Positions 17,144 through 27,312 of a DNA stretch of 32,000 nt are shown here, piece by piece (within the stretch, counting starts at the first letter, position 1; each line of letters opens with the position of its first letter). The position numbers and the translations under genes were made by a program. Source of the stretch: Cylindrospermopsis raciborskii Cr2010 (lineage in GTDB: Bacteria; Cyanobacteriota; Cyanobacteriia; Cyanobacteriales; Nostocaceae); contig NZ_CP065936.1 of assembly GCF_003367075.2 (NCBI RefSeq), forward strand, positions 1,470,001-1,502,000. The letters are read 5' to 3'. The notes beneath the pieces were generated by a model that worked only from the letters and a program-made list of their open reading frames with translations, had not been told where the DNA came from and did not search any database.

Positions 17144-18307
17144 TTACTTACCCATACCCAGTTGTTGAGCTTTTTGATAAACCTTACCCTCTGTTAGTAA
17201 AGAAGGAGCAATTATAACTTCCACCTGTTGCATCTCTTTGAGGTTTTTAGCCCCTAGGGTGCCCATACTGGTTTTTAAAGCCCCTAACAGGTTATGAGTT
17301 CCATCATCCAGTCCAGCTGGACCTTTGAGAATTTGTTCTAGGGTACCTGTTGTACCAACGCGAATGCGAGTACCACGGGGAAGAACAGGACTAGGAGTTG
17401 CCATACCCCAATGATAACCCCGACCTGGCGCCTCTGCTGCTCTAGCAAAGGGTGAACCAATCATCACTCCGTCAGCACCGCAGGCAATACACTTACAAAT
17501 GTCTCCACCAGTAATTAAACCTCCATCGGCAATAATGGGAACATATTTACCAGTTTCTTGATAAAAATCCTCCCTAGCTGCAGCACAATCAGCAACTGCG
17601 GTAGCCTGGGGTACGCCTACACCCAAGACACCACGGGATGTACAAGCAGCACCTGGTCCAATACCTACTAAGACGGCTGCAGCACCAGCTTTCATTAAGT
17701 TCAAGGTTACTTCGTATGTAACACAGTTACCTAAAATAACTGGTATGGGCATAGAATGGCAGAACTGCACTAAATCAAGTGGGGTGATGGACTCTGGTGA
17801 AATGTGGTCAGTAGAGACCACCGTGGCTTGGATGAAAAATAAATCTGCTCCACTTCTAGATACCACTTCACCATATTTGCCAGCTCCTGCTGGTGTAGCA
17901 CTAACTGCGGCGATCGCACCCTGTTGTTTAATTTCCTGAATACGTTTTTCAATTAGTTCGGGCTTGATTGGTTCGGCATAGAGATCTTGCATGAGGGAAA
18001 CAAACTCTTCTTTACCCACAGAGGCAATCTTATCCAAAATGGGATTTGGATCGTCATAGCGAGTTTGAATTCCTTCTAGGTTGAGAACCCCTAAAGCTCC
18101 CAACTCAGATAACTTTACAGCCATATCCACATCAACCACCCCGTCCATGGCACTGGCAATAATTGGTATTTCTCTTTCGATATTACCAATTTTCCATCTA
18201 GTATCCGCCAAACTGGGATCTACTGTTCTTTTACCGGGGACTAGGGCAATTTCGTCAATGCCATAGGCTCGGCGAGCCTTTTTTCCCCGCCCAAGTTTAA
18301 TTTCCAC
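17144..18307 (-). CDS. GuaB3-family IMP dehydrogenase-related protein (no CBS insert)
   Basis: 387 aa. IMPDH/GMPR TIM-barrel motifs (IIASAMDGV, GIGPGAACTSR catalytic-loop-like, IADGG, GSPFA). Confidence 0.9.
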   Translation of the reverse strand: MEIKLGRGKKARRAYGIDEIALVPGKRTVDPSLADTRWKIGNIEREIPIIASAMDGVVDVDMAVKLSELGALGVLNLEGIQTRYDDPNPILDKIASVGKEEFVSLMQDLYAEPIKPELIEKRIQEIKQQGAIAAVSATPAGAGKYGEVVSRSGADLFFIQATVVSTDHISPESITPLDLVQFCHSMPIPVILGNCVTYEVTLNLMKAGAAAVLVGIGPGAACTSRGVLGVGVPQATAVADCAAAREDFYQETGKYVPIIADGGLITGGDICKCIACGADGVMIGSPFARAAEAPGRGYHWGMATPSPVLPRGTRIRVGTTGTLEQILKGPAGLDDGTHNLLGALKTSMGTLGAKNLKEMQQVEVIIAPSLLTEGKVYQKAQQLGMGK

Positions 18308-18392
18308 TCTTGCACCTTTCTCAAATCAGTTTAAGCTAGGGTATCAAAATTAGGGGGATATTGGGGGAGGAAAAAACTATGAACATTAATAA

Positions 18393-19451
18393 TTATCTTG
18401 CAGACTGGATTCTATCAAATATGGCACCATCGTCAAAGAATTTTTTCTGCACTGCATCCCAACCACCTAAATTGGACACTGTATAAAGCTTAACAATTTT
18501 GGGAAATTTACTGGCTACCTCTTTGGCTACTGTGGAATTAACTGGTCTAAATCCAACTTTGGCAAATTCCCTTTGTGCTTGTGGCGTAAATAAAAATTCC
18601 ACAAATGCTTCCGAAACTTCACGAGTACCTCGTTTATCCACAATTTTATCCACTACGGTTACAGGACCCTCTATAGAAATATTCGTTGGTGGCACTGCGT
18701 AGGTTGTATCTGCTTTACCCTGTTGTGCTGCTAAAATTAGTTCGTTCTCATAATTCAGTAGTACATCTCCCTGATTCTTTTTATAAAATGCGTCACTTGC
18801 TTCTCTAGCATCTTTGGGTAACACTACTACATTTTTGAACACCTTCTGCACAAAGTCTAGGGCTTGTTTTTCATTACCTCCATTTCGAGTCACTGACCCC
18901 CATAAAGCTAAAAAGTTCCATCTTGCCCCTCCTGATGTTTTGGGATTAGCTGTGACTATTTTTACTCCTGGTTTAGTTAAATCTTTCCAAGTATTAATAC
19001 CTTTAGGATTTCCTGCTCGTGTTTCTATGGCTACAACTGACCGAGTAACTATAGAGTTATTAGGTGCTTCCTTTTCCCACCCTGGGTTAATCAAACCTGC
19101 TTTTTCTATTCTCTTAGTGTCCAGTGCTAGTGCTAATCCTACTACGTCTGCTTGTAATCCATCAATCACCGCACGAGTTTGAGTACCGGAACCACCATAA
19201 CTTTCTTTGATGATTACATCTTGACCTTTTTCCCTTTTCCACTTGGCTACGAACTCGGGAATAATTTTACTGTAAGCAGCTTTTGTAACTGCATAAGTTA
19301 CAAGAGTAATCTCTACGGTCTTGGGTTTCTGACTAATTAACTTGTTTTGATTTGCACTTCCCGCCAATACGGGTAATACGGTGCTAACACCTAAAATAAC
19401 CGCCAACACTGTATTGGTAGTTTTTAAAAACGCTACATTTTTGATAGACAT
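18393..19451 (-). CDS. sbp: sulfate ABC transporter substrate-binding protein (paralog 1)
   Basis: High similarity to the adjacent paralog and to Sbp/CysP (SYGGSGTQTRAVIDGLQADVV, ANPKTSGGARWNFLALWG). The ATG at 19451, preceded by GAGGAAAAG, is preferred over the TTG at 19499. Confidence 0.9.
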   Translation of the reverse strand: MSIKNVAFLKTTNTVLAVILGVSTVLPVLAGSANQNKLISQKPKTVEITLVTYAVTKAAYSKIIPEFVAKWKREKGQDVIIKESYGGSGTQTRAVIDGLQADVVGLALALDTKRIEKAGLINPGWEKEAPNNSIVTRSVVAIETRAGNPKGINTWKDLTKPGVKIVTANPKTSGGARWNFLALWGSVTRNGGNEKQALDFVQKVFKNVVVLPKDAREASDAFYKKNQGDVLLNYENELILAAQQGKADTTYAVPPTNISIEGPVTVVDKIVDKRGTREVSEAFVEFLFTPQAQREFAKVGFRPVNSTVAKEVASKFPKIVKLYTVSNLGGWDAVQKKFFDDGAIFDRIQSAR

Positions 19452-19766
19452 GGTAACTTTTCCTCTGATTGTTGTAATCCACTGTAAGTTGATAGGCAAT
19501 TTGTAATTAGCCTACTGATTGGACTCTATCAAACCGCTCACTCAAAATCAATAGTTAAAAGACTAAATATCTACCGTATAATCGGTGTATTTAATTAAAT
19601 CATAGATTATAGCTTTATTATAAGTAATACTTATCTAATAATTTTCTAATAATTTTTTTGATCTAGTGGGCAACTTTTGTCCCTAACCTGCTAGAATCAC
19701 CTCATTGTCTATCGTCAAAGTCAGGTTTTCTTTCCCATATTTTTAAAATTACCAAGGAGAACACAA

Positions 19767-20843
19767 ATGGGTTGGGGTTGTAGATTACCCGTAAGCATAC
19801 TGCGCGTAAAACCGACCAAGAGTTTTATTTCACCTTGCTTAATAGGTATATTTTTAGGTGTGGTGGTTAGTGGTTGTGGAGATAGGGGAACTAATTCCTC
19901 TAGTAAGAAAGAGGTGGAAATCACTTTAGTGTCCTTCGCCGTGACAAAGACCGCCCATGAAGCGATTATTCCTAAATTTGTGGAAAAATGGCAACAAGAG
20001 CATGGGCAAAAAGTGATATTCAAACAAAGCTATGGGGGTTCTGGTTCACAAACTCGTGCGGTAATTGATGGTTTACCCGCTGATGTTGTGCACCTAGCTT
20101 TGGGCTTGGACACTAAAAAGATTGAAAAAGCAGGTTTAATTCAACCAGGTTGGGAAAAAGAAGCTCCGAATAATGCTATAGTTTCCCAGTCTGTAGCTGC
20201 TTTGGTAACCCGCCCAGGCAATCCTAAAAATATTAATACCTGGGCTGATTTATCAAGGGATGATGTAAAACTAATTACTGCTGATCCTAAAACATCCGGG
20301 GTAGCACGTTGGAACTTTCTGACTTTGTGGAACTCAGTGATTAGGATTGGTGGTGATGAAGCCAAGGCTAAGGAATTTGTGAGCCAAGCATATAAAAATG
20401 TTCCCATTTTAACAAAGGACGCAAGGGAAGCGACGGATGCCTTCTTTAAACAGGGTCAAGGGGATGCTTTGATTAACTATGAAAATGAGATATTTTTAGC
20501 GCAGGAAAATGGAATGAAGGTTAATTACACAATTCCTGACGTGAATATTTCCATTGATAATCCCATTGCGATTGTAGATAGGAATGTTGATAAACATAAC
20601 AATAGGGAAGTAGTGGAGGCTTTTGTTCAGTTCTTATTTACTCCCCAAGCTCAAGAGGAATTTGCCAAAGTTGGTTTTCGTCCAGTAAATACTACCGTAG
20701 CAAAAAGTAAAACCTTTGTAGATAAGTATCCTCCCGTTAAGACTTTGAGTACAGTGAAAGATTTAGGCGGTTGGGGAGCCGTGCAGAAAAAGTTTTTTGA
20801 TGATGGAGCCTTATTTGACCAGATTCAAGCCCGGGGCAAATAG
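19767..20843 (+). CDS. sbpA: sulfate ABC transporter substrate-binding lipoprotein (paralog 2)
   Basis: Lipobox VVSGC and RBS AAGGAGA. SYGGSGSQTRAVIDGLPADVV and ADPKTSGVARWNFLTLW motifs. First gene of the sbpA-cysT-cysW run. Confidence 0.9.
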   Translation: MGWGCRLPVSILRVKPTKSFISPCLIGIFLGVVVSGCGDRGTNSSSKKEVEITLVSFAVTKTAHEAIIPKFVEKWQQEHGQKVIFKQSYGGSGSQTRAVIDGLPADVVHLALGLDTKKIEKAGLIQPGWEKEAPNNAIVSQSVAALVTRPGNPKNINTWADLSRDDVKLITADPKTSGVARWNFLTLWNSVIRIGGDEAKAKEFVSQAYKNVPILTKDAREATDAFFKQGQGDALINYENEIFLAQENGMKVNYTIPDVNISIDNPIAIVDRNVDKHNNREVVEAFVQFLFTPQAQEEFAKVGFRPVNTTVAKSKTFVDKYPPVKTLSTVKDLGGWGAVQKKFFDDGALFDQIQARGK

Positions 20844-20868
20844 TTGAATCAATTATGAATTTAGAATT

Positions 20869-21744
20869 ATGACCTTATCCACACCCACAGATGTGAGCAA
20901 CTCCAACAGACCAGGTTTTGCCAGAACATTGTTAAATAGCGCGACTCGTTTATCTTGGACATGGCGAATTACTATTTTTTACCTGTTGGTCATGTTATTT
21001 TTACCCGTTTTGGCTATGTTTCTCAAAGCTGGTACGGAACCACCAACAAAGTTTTGGCAAATTGCTACCAGTGAAATAGCTTTAGCCACTTATAATGTGA
21101 CTTTTATTACTTCCCTTTTGGCGGCGGCGGTTAATGGGGTGTTTGGAACCCTAGTGGCCTGGGTTCTGGTCAGGTATGATTTTCCCTTAAAACGAATTGT
21201 GGATGCCACCGTAGATTTACCATTTGCCTTACCCACTTCAGTAGCCGGTTTAACCTTAGCGACTGTTTACAGTGATAATGGTTGGTTAGGCTCTCTATTG
21301 GCACCTTGGGGAATTAAAGTTTCTTTTACTCGGTTAGGTGTAGGTGTAGCAATGGTATTTATATCCTTGCCTTTTGTGGTGCGAACTGTACAACCTGTAT
21401 TGCAAGAAATGGAAAAGGATGTGGAAGAAGCTGCGTGGAGTTTGGGCGCTTCCCCATGGCAGACATTTATGAAAGTGATTTTGCCACCCCTATTACCGAC
21501 AATTTTAACCGGAGTGGCTTTAGGTTTTTCCCGTGCTGTGGGTGAATATGGCTCCACAGTGATTATTTCTTCTAACACACCATTTCAAGACTTAATTGCA
21601 CCAGTATTGATTTTCCAAAGATTGGAACAATACGATTATTCGGGTGCAACAGTAATAGGGGTGGTCTTACTGCTGATTTCCCTGGTTTTATTGGTGGCAA
21701 TTAATTTATTACAGGCTTGGGCAAGAAGATATGACAACAAATAA
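20869..21744 (+). CDS. cysT: sulfate ABC transporter permease CysT
   Basis: Multi-span permease with EAA-loop motif [21 protein letters not shown]. Confidence 0.9.
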   Translation: MTLSTPTDVSNSNRPGFARTLLNSATRLSWTWRITIFYLLVMLFLPVLAMFLKAGTEPPTKFWQIATSEIALATYNVTFITSLLAAAVNGVFGTLVAWVLVRYDFPLKRIVDATVDLPFALPTSVAGLTLATVYSDNGWLGSLLAPWGIKVSFTRLGVGVAMVFISLPFVVRTVQPVLQEMEKDVEEAAWSLGASPWQTFMKVILPPLLPTILTGVALGFSRAVGEYGSTVIISSNTPFQDLIAPVLIFQRLEQYDYSGATVIGVVLLLISLVLLVAINLLQAWARRYDNK

Positions 21745-22588
21745 ATCACGACAAAAATCACAATATCAAAAACAGCAAAGTTGGGTACCATCTGTTTTAA
21801 TTGCCATAGCAGTTGGTTATTTATTTCTGGTACAGTATATTCCAGCTATTAATGTTTTTGTTCAAGCCTTTATTAAAGGTGTTGAACCTTTCTGGAATAA
21901 CTTAACCAAAACAGACTTTCTTCATGCGGCCTGGTTAACTCTCTTATTAGCAGTAATTTCCGTACCTATTAACGCTGTATTTGGTCTATGTGCAGCCTGG
22001 GCGATCGCACGGCATAAATTTCCTGGGCGTGCAATAGTTTTAAGTATTATTGACCTTCCCTTTTCCATTTCCCCCGTAGTAGCGGGTCTAATGATTGTTC
22101 TGCTATACGGGAGACAGGGATGGTTTGGAGGTTGGTTGCAATCCCATGATATTCAAATTATCTTTGCCTTTCCTGGGATGGTTCTAGCGACTTGTTTTGT
22201 CAGTATGCCATTTGTTGCTAGAGAAGTGATTCCAGTATTGGAGGAGTTTGGTAAAGATCAGGAAGAAGCAGCAAAAACCCTAGGAGCTAATGAGTGGCAA
22301 ACATTTTGGCGTGTTACACTACCCAGCATTCGTTGGGGTTTACTTTATGGTTTAATCTTAACTAATGCCAGATCCATGGGGGAATTTGGGGCGGTTTCTG
22401 TAGTATCTGGAAACATCGCTAATACTACCCAAAGTTTACCTTTATTTGTAGAGGATGCCTATAAACAATATGAAACGGAGGCGGCTTTTTCTGCAGCAGT
22501 TTTGTTAGCACTTTTGGCAGTGGTCACCTTGGTGTTAAAAGAGATTTTAGAGCGCAAAACTCGTATTAAGGATGATGGGGAAAACTAG
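21731..22588 (+). CDS. cysW: sulfate ABC transporter permease CysW
   Basis: Multi-span permease with EAA-loop motif [21 protein letters not shown]. Overlaps the cysT end by 14 nt. Confidence 0.9.
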   Translation: MTTNKSRQKSQYQKQQSWVPSVLIAIAVGYLFLVQYIPAINVFVQAFIKGVEPFWNNLTKTDFLHAAWLTLLLAVISVPINAVFGLCAAWAIARHKFPGRAIVLSIIDLPFSISPVVAGLMIVLLYGRQGWFGGWLQSHDIQIIFAFPGMVLATCFVSMPFVAREVIPVLEEFGKDQEEAAKTLGANEWQTFWRVTLPSIRWGLLYGLILTNARSMGEFGAVSVVSGNIANTTQSLPLFVEDAYKQYETEAAFSAAVLLALLAVVTLVLKEILERKTRIKDDGEN

Positions 22589-22680
22589 AAAACTAATTGT
22601 GGGATAGGCGTTCTTTCCCACCTTCACCTGGTTGACGGCTATAATTGACCAAATAACAGCAAATATATAGGCATGAAACC

Positions 22681-25572
22681 GTGACCGAAACTGGAAAGTA
22701 CAAGGATACCGTTAATCTCCCCCAAACTGATTTTGATATGCGGGCAAACGCAATAAAACGCGAGCCAGAAATCCAAACATTTTGGGCGGAAAATAACATT
22801 TACTCGCGCCTGGCTCAAGAAAACCCGGGCGAACTATTTATACTTCATGATGGACCTCCCTATGCCAATGGCTCATTGCATATTGGTCACGCTTTAAACA
22901 AGATTCTCAAAGATATTATTAACCGTTACCAATTACTGCAAGGTCGTAAAGTTAGATACGTGGCTGGGTGGGATTGTCACGGACTGCCAATTGAATTGAA
23001 AGTCCTGCAAGCTATGAAGTCCCCAGAACGGCAAAATCTCACTCCCTTACAGTTACGTCAAAAAGCAAAAGATTTTGCTTTAGTAGCAGTTAGGGAACAA
23101 CTAAATAGTTTTAAACGTTATGGGATATGGAGTGATTGGGATCATCCCTATTTAACCCTACAGCCAGAGTATGAAGCCGCCCAAATTGGTGTATTTGGCA
23201 GAATGTACTTAAAAGGATATATCTACCGAGGTCTCAAGCCTGTGCATTGGAGTCCCAGTTCTAAAACCGCTTTAGCAGAAGCTGAATTAGAATATCCAGA
23301 AGGACACGTTTCTAGGAGTATTTACACCGTTTTTCCAGTAATTAAGGTTTCGGAAAAGCTGAAATCAGTTTTGGCACCTTTTATGCCCGATTTGGCACTG
23401 GCTGTGTGGACAACTACTCCCTGGACCATACCTGGCAATTTAGCCATCGCAGTTAATGGGTCATTAAATTATGCGGTGGTGGAGGTTTTACCTAATGAAA
23501 CTTCCCTTTTCCACCACAAATATCTGATTGTGGCCACTGATTTAGTTCCCCGCTTGACCACCATTCTCAATGTGGATTTGAGAGTGCAGGTGAGTTTTGC
23601 AGGTGAGGATTTAGAACATACTATCTACCGTCATCCCCTATTTGACCGGGAAAGTCCTGTGCTTATTGGTGGTGATTATATTACTACCGATTCCGGTACG
23701 GGTCTGGTACATACAGCTCCCGGTCATGGTCAAGAAGATTACATTGTCGGACAGCGTTATGGCTTACCAATCCTCGCTCCCGTAGATGAAAATGGTAATT
23801 TTACTCAGGATGCTGGTAAATTTGCTGGCTTGAATGTTCTAGGGGAAGGTAACCAAGCAATTATTGATGCTCTTGCACAAGCAGGTTCTTTACTAAAAGA
23901 AGAGGCTTATCAACATAAATATCCCTATGACTGGCGTACTAATAAACCAACTATCTTCCGAGCTACAGAACAGTGGTTTGCTTCAGTTCATGGCTTTAGA
24001 GAGGATGCTTTAAAGGCGATCGCCTCAGTAAGGTGGATTCCTCCCCAAGGGGAAAACCGTATTACCCCCATGGTAGCAGAGCGATCGGATTGGTGTATTT
24101 CTCGTCAACGGGCTTGGGGTCTTCCTATTCCCGTATTCTACGACCAAGAAACGGGGGAGGTATTGCTAAACGAGGACACCATTAATCACGTTCAAGCTAT
24201 TATTGCCCAGCGAGGTTCTGATGCTTGGTGGGAACTAGAAATTGCAGAACTCTTACCAGAACCCTACCGTAGTAATGGGCATAAATATCGTCGAGGTATG
24301 GATACTATGGATGTGTGGTTTGACTCTGGTTCTTCTTGGGCAGCTGTAGCTAATCAGCGACAGGAACTAACCTATCCCGTTGATATGTATTTAGAAGGTT
24401 CAGATCAACATCGAGGGTGGTTCCAGTCTTCCCTATTAACCAGCGTAGCAGTAAATGGCATTGCTCCCTATAAAACCGTATTGACCCATGGATTTGTCCT
24501 TGATGAACAAGGAAGAAAAATGAGTAAGTCAATTGGTAATGTGGTAGATCCACAAATTATCATTAATGGTGGTAAGGATCAGAAAAAAGACCCCGCCTAC
24601 GGTGCAGATGTGTTGCGATTATGGGTTTCCTCCGTTGATTATTCCGGGGATGTCCGTTTAGGGGGTAATATCATTAAGCAACTAGCTGATATCAGGAATA
24701 AAATCCGTAATACGGCAAGATTTTTATTGGGTAGTCTACATGACTTTGACCCGGAAAAAAATGCGGTTTCTCTGGAAAAATTGCCGGAATTGGATCGGTA
24801 CATGTTGAATCGTATATACGAGGTGTTTAGTGAAGTAACAGCAGCCTTTGAAACCTTTCAATTTTTCCGATTTTTCCAAACAGTTCAGAATTTTTGCGTT
24901 GTAGACCTGTCTAACTTTTATTTGGATATTGCCAAGGATAGATTATATATTAGCGCAGCTGATAGTTTTAGAAGGCGCAGTTGTCAAACAATCCTACATA
25001 TAGCCCTGGAAAACCTAGTCAGGGCGATCGCTCCAGTGTTGTGTCATACTGCGGAAGACATTTGGCAATTTATTCCCTATTCCAGAAGTGAGAAATCAGT
25101 GTTTCAAGCTGGGTGGGTAAAGGTTGATCCCCAGTGGAAAAATCCTGAATTGGAAAATAAATGGCATACTTTGAGGATGCTGCGCACGGATGTTAATAAG
25201 GTCTTGGAACAGGTGCGGATGGAAAAAAGGATTGGTTCCTCCTTAGAGGCCAAAATATTAGTTCACCTTACCAATTCGCATTCACCCCTATCTCAAACCA
25301 TCAAAGACTTCCATTTCAACCCGGATAGGGAGAATGGAGTGGATGAACTGAGATACCTGCTCATAGTATCACAAGTAGAAATCCCAGAGGATTTAACCCA
25401 ACTCTCCCAATTGCAATATACAACAACTACAGAAAATTGGACCATAGGGGTGGTAAATGCGGAGGGAGAGAAATGCGATAGGTGTTGGAATTATTCCACT
25501 CATCTGGGAGAGTCCTCAGACCATCCCCTGTTGTGTGAGAGATGTGTTTTGTCCCTAGCGGGTGAGTTTTAG
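22681..25572 (+). CDS. ileS: isoleucine--tRNA ligase
   Basis: 963 aa with a GTG start. HIGH (GSLHIGHAL) and KMSKS (KMSKSIGN) motifs. C-terminal Cys cluster CDRCWNY...CERC. Confidence 0.95.
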   Translation: MTETGKYKDTVNLPQTDFDMRANAIKREPEIQTFWAENNIYSRLAQENPGELFILHDGPPYANGSLHIGHALNKILKDIINRYQLLQGRKVRYVAGWDCHGLPIELKVLQAMKSPERQNLTPLQLRQKAKDFALVAVREQLNSFKRYGIWSDWDHPYLTLQPEYEAAQIGVFGRMYLKGYIYRGLKPVHWSPSSKTALAEAELEYPEGHVSRSIYTVFPVIKVSEKLKSVLAPFMPDLALAVWTTTPWTIPGNLAIAVNGSLNYAVVEVLPNETSLFHHKYLIVATDLVPRLTTILNVDLRVQVSFAGEDLEHTIYRHPLFDRESPVLIGGDYITTDSGTGLVHTAPGHGQEDYIVGQRYGLPILAPVDENGNFTQDAGKFAGLNVLGEGNQAIIDALAQAGSLLKEEAYQHKYPYDWRTNKPTIFRATEQWFASVHGFREDALKAIASVRWIPPQGENRITPMVAERSDWCISRQRAWGLPIPVFYDQETGEVLLNEDTINHVQAIIAQRGSDAWWELEIAELLPEPYRSNGHKYRRGMDTMDVWFDSGSSWAAVANQRQELTYPVDMYLEGSDQHRGWFQSSLLTSVAVNGIAPYKTVLTHGFVLDEQGRKMSKSIGNVVDPQIIINGGKDQKKDPAYGADVLRLWVSSVDYSGDVRLGGNIIKQLADIRNKIRNTARFLLGSLHDFDPEKNAVSLEKLPELDRYMLNRIYEVFSEVTAAFETFQFFRFFQTVQNFCVVDLSNFYLDIAKDRLYISAADSFRRRSCQTILHIALENLVRAIAPVLCHTAEDIWQFIPYSRSEKSVFQAGWVKVDPQWKNPELENKWHTLRMLRTDVNKVLEQVRMEKRIGSSLEAKILVHLTNSHSPLSQTIKDFHFNPDRENGVDELRYLLIVSQVEIPEDLTQLSQLQYTTTTENWTIGVVNAEGEKCDRCWNYSTHLGESSDHPLLCERCVLSLAGEF

Positions 25573-25580
25573 ACCTGTCT

Positions 25581-25673
25581 AAGTAGGTGGGTGGAATTAA
25601 ATATAAGATGAACGTAGGTTGGGTTGAAGTATGAAACCCAACACCCGCACGGGTTACGCCACCGCTAATCCAT
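25581..25673 (+). repeat. single copy of the hairpin module found in the 184-bp tandem repeat
   Basis: AAGTAGGTGGGTGGAATTAAATATAAGATGAACGTAGGTTGGGTTGAAGTATGAAACCCAACACCCGCACGGGTTACGCC aligns with 135-214 with a few substitutions. It sits 9 nt after the ileS stop. Confidence 0.85.
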
Positions 25674-25731
25674 CCTACAAATAATTGTGAAATTGTGCCT
25701 CCCTACTTAATGGAACTAAGCTGAGATTGAG

Positions 25732-27003
25732 CTATTCTTCCTCCTGTTCACGAGGGGGAATAAGCTCAAATTCTTGTTCTAGCAGATCTCTGTCACTACC
25801 ATAAATTACATTTTCTTTGCCAATAACTGTTTCTTGGGCAAAGTTACGGGTGAAGTCTATTTTCTTTTGTAAACTCTCACTAGGATCTGCGAGAACTCTT
25901 ACTCGCTCTAAACGCTCGCGGTTGCGACTGGCAATTTTTTGGTTGCGCGATTGAATCCAAAAATAACGTCCCAAGGGTATCCCCAAAAAGCCAATTCCAT
26001 AACTCAACAGTAACCAATAAATACTTTGCACAAAACCTACTAGTCCCCCCGCTTCTAAGCCAACTGTCTGAGTGAGTAAATTACCTAGCACTAAAGCTCC
26101 TACCAGATTTAGCGCTCCCAAACCGGCACTCATCATAATTTGTCCAGAATTAGCAGCACTAAACTGCCATGGGTTCTCTTCTAAGAATAAATCTACTGGT
26201 TCATCTATTTTTTTGCTGGCTTGTACCTGCAATTCAGGAAAATAATACACAATTTGTCCATCTGGACTTACCTGAGGTTTACCATTGTACCTGACCAAAA
26301 CTGGTAACATATAATCTTCATATTCCTGTTGGTATTTTTCCCCTAAATTATCTAAATAGGGGGCAATTTGTTCAGCAACTACTGCTCCTTGATTATTAGT
26401 AATTACACTGCCAATTTGTTGCCAACGTCTTTCCTCTAATTTGCTGTTAGGATTACCATCACCAAATAAAAAGGAAAATACTGCTTCCAAAAAGTTTAAC
26501 TCCCCATTCCCCCGATTTTCTTTTCTTTCTATTCGTCTTTCTTGACTATAATAATTCGGACTAAAATACCAAAACAAATCTGGAAAAAAGAAGATATCAA
26601 ATCCCCTAAATCCTCCATCCCTATTATCTTCATCCCGATTTGAGCTGCTGGCAGTAATAATGATAATTATAGTTAAAGTGATGATGACAATTGAAGCAAT
26701 CAGTAAAACACCAAAAGAAATCCTAATTATATAAAACAGCACCTGCCAAATCTTTGCCCACCACTCCTGTAAGCGCAATTGCACATACTTGTTTCTTAAA
26801 ATTGTTCTAAAATTCTGTGGAAATTGATAAACAATGTCCCCCGTATCTGCTACTTGTAAATGCCCACCTGCGTCAGCAGCTAAAACTAACATTCCTTCAT
26901 TTGCTTCAGCAAGTCCCAAACCAGATCTAGCAGCTACATCACCTACTGTAACACGGTAGCCGAGCTTTTCTATGGCTCCCATAATAGCGGGATTAGGTAT
27001 CAT
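25732..27003 (-). CDS. conserved hypothetical membrane protein
   Basis: 423-aa ORF preceded by AGGAGGGG. Soluble N-terminal domain, a TM segment (ISFGVLLIASIVIITLTIIIIITA) and C-terminal TM helices. Family not recognised. Confidence 0.7.
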   Translation of the reverse strand: MIPNPAIMGAIEKLGYRVTVGDVAARSGLGLAEANEGMLVLAADAGGHLQVADTGDIVYQFPQNFRTILRNKYVQLRLQEWWAKIWQVLFYIIRISFGVLLIASIVIITLTIIIIITASSSNRDEDNRDGGFRGFDIFFFPDLFWYFSPNYYSQERRIERKENRGNGELNFLEAVFSFLFGDGNPNSKLEERRWQQIGSVITNNQGAVVAEQIAPYLDNLGEKYQQEYEDYMLPVLVRYNGKPQVSPDGQIVYYFPELQVQASKKIDEPVDLFLEENPWQFSAANSGQIMMSAGLGALNLVGALVLGNLLTQTVGLEAGGLVGFVQSIYWLLLSYGIGFLGIPLGRYFWIQSRNQKIASRNRERLERVRVLADPSESLQKKIDFTRNFAQETVIGKENVIYGSDRDLLEQEFELIPPREQEEE

Positions 27004-27087
27004 TCTCCCCTCCTATTGTATTCCATGAAGCAGGTTGTTTTTTTTGACTTCATGGTAGTGATTATAGCATTTTTGGGAAGCTAAAAA

Positions 27088-27159
27088 CTGGGGCGCTAGG
27101 ATTCGAACCTAGGGATGGCGGGACCAAAACCCGCTGCCTTACCGCTTGGCTACGCCCCA
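27088..27159 (-). tRNA. tRNA-Gln (anticodon UUG)
   Basis: Minus strand TGGGGCG-TA-GCC..GGC-A-GCGGG-TTTTGGT-CCCGC-CATCC-CTAGG-TTCGAAT-CCTAG-CGCCCCA-G folds as a cloverleaf. It has the U1-A72 pair typical of bacterial tRNA-Gln. CCA is not encoded. Confidence 0.9.
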
Positions 27160-27312
27160 TTGATTTCACTTCACTACTATAGCAGTTACCCCTAGGATGG
27201 TGTCAAGTATTTTTTTAAAAAATTTTTTCTGTCAACATCTAAGGTCACCTTGTTGGTCAGGGAGTATGTCAAGATAGTGATAGACTCGCTTGATTTATTT
27301 TATGATGAGATT

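Noticed and set aside
19721-20023. 100-aa minus-strand ORF overlapping the sbpA start; also 22593-22799 and 24350-24553 overlapping ileS, 28733-28999 inside plsY, and 14904-15125 in the dacB 3' end
   Set aside because: All overlap strongly supported genes, and none has a motif or plausible start context.
6438-21578. Antisense ORFs inside panC/cmk, rlpA, the glycosidase, lysK, dacB, guaB3-like, sbp, sbpA and cysT (e.g. 6438-6773, 8282-8602, 10474-10840, 13676-13873, 15128-15325, 17745-18266, 18499-19182, 20141-20407, 21267-21578)
   Set aside because: Each lies entirely within a well-supported gene on the other strand. They have low-complexity or odd composition and no motifs.
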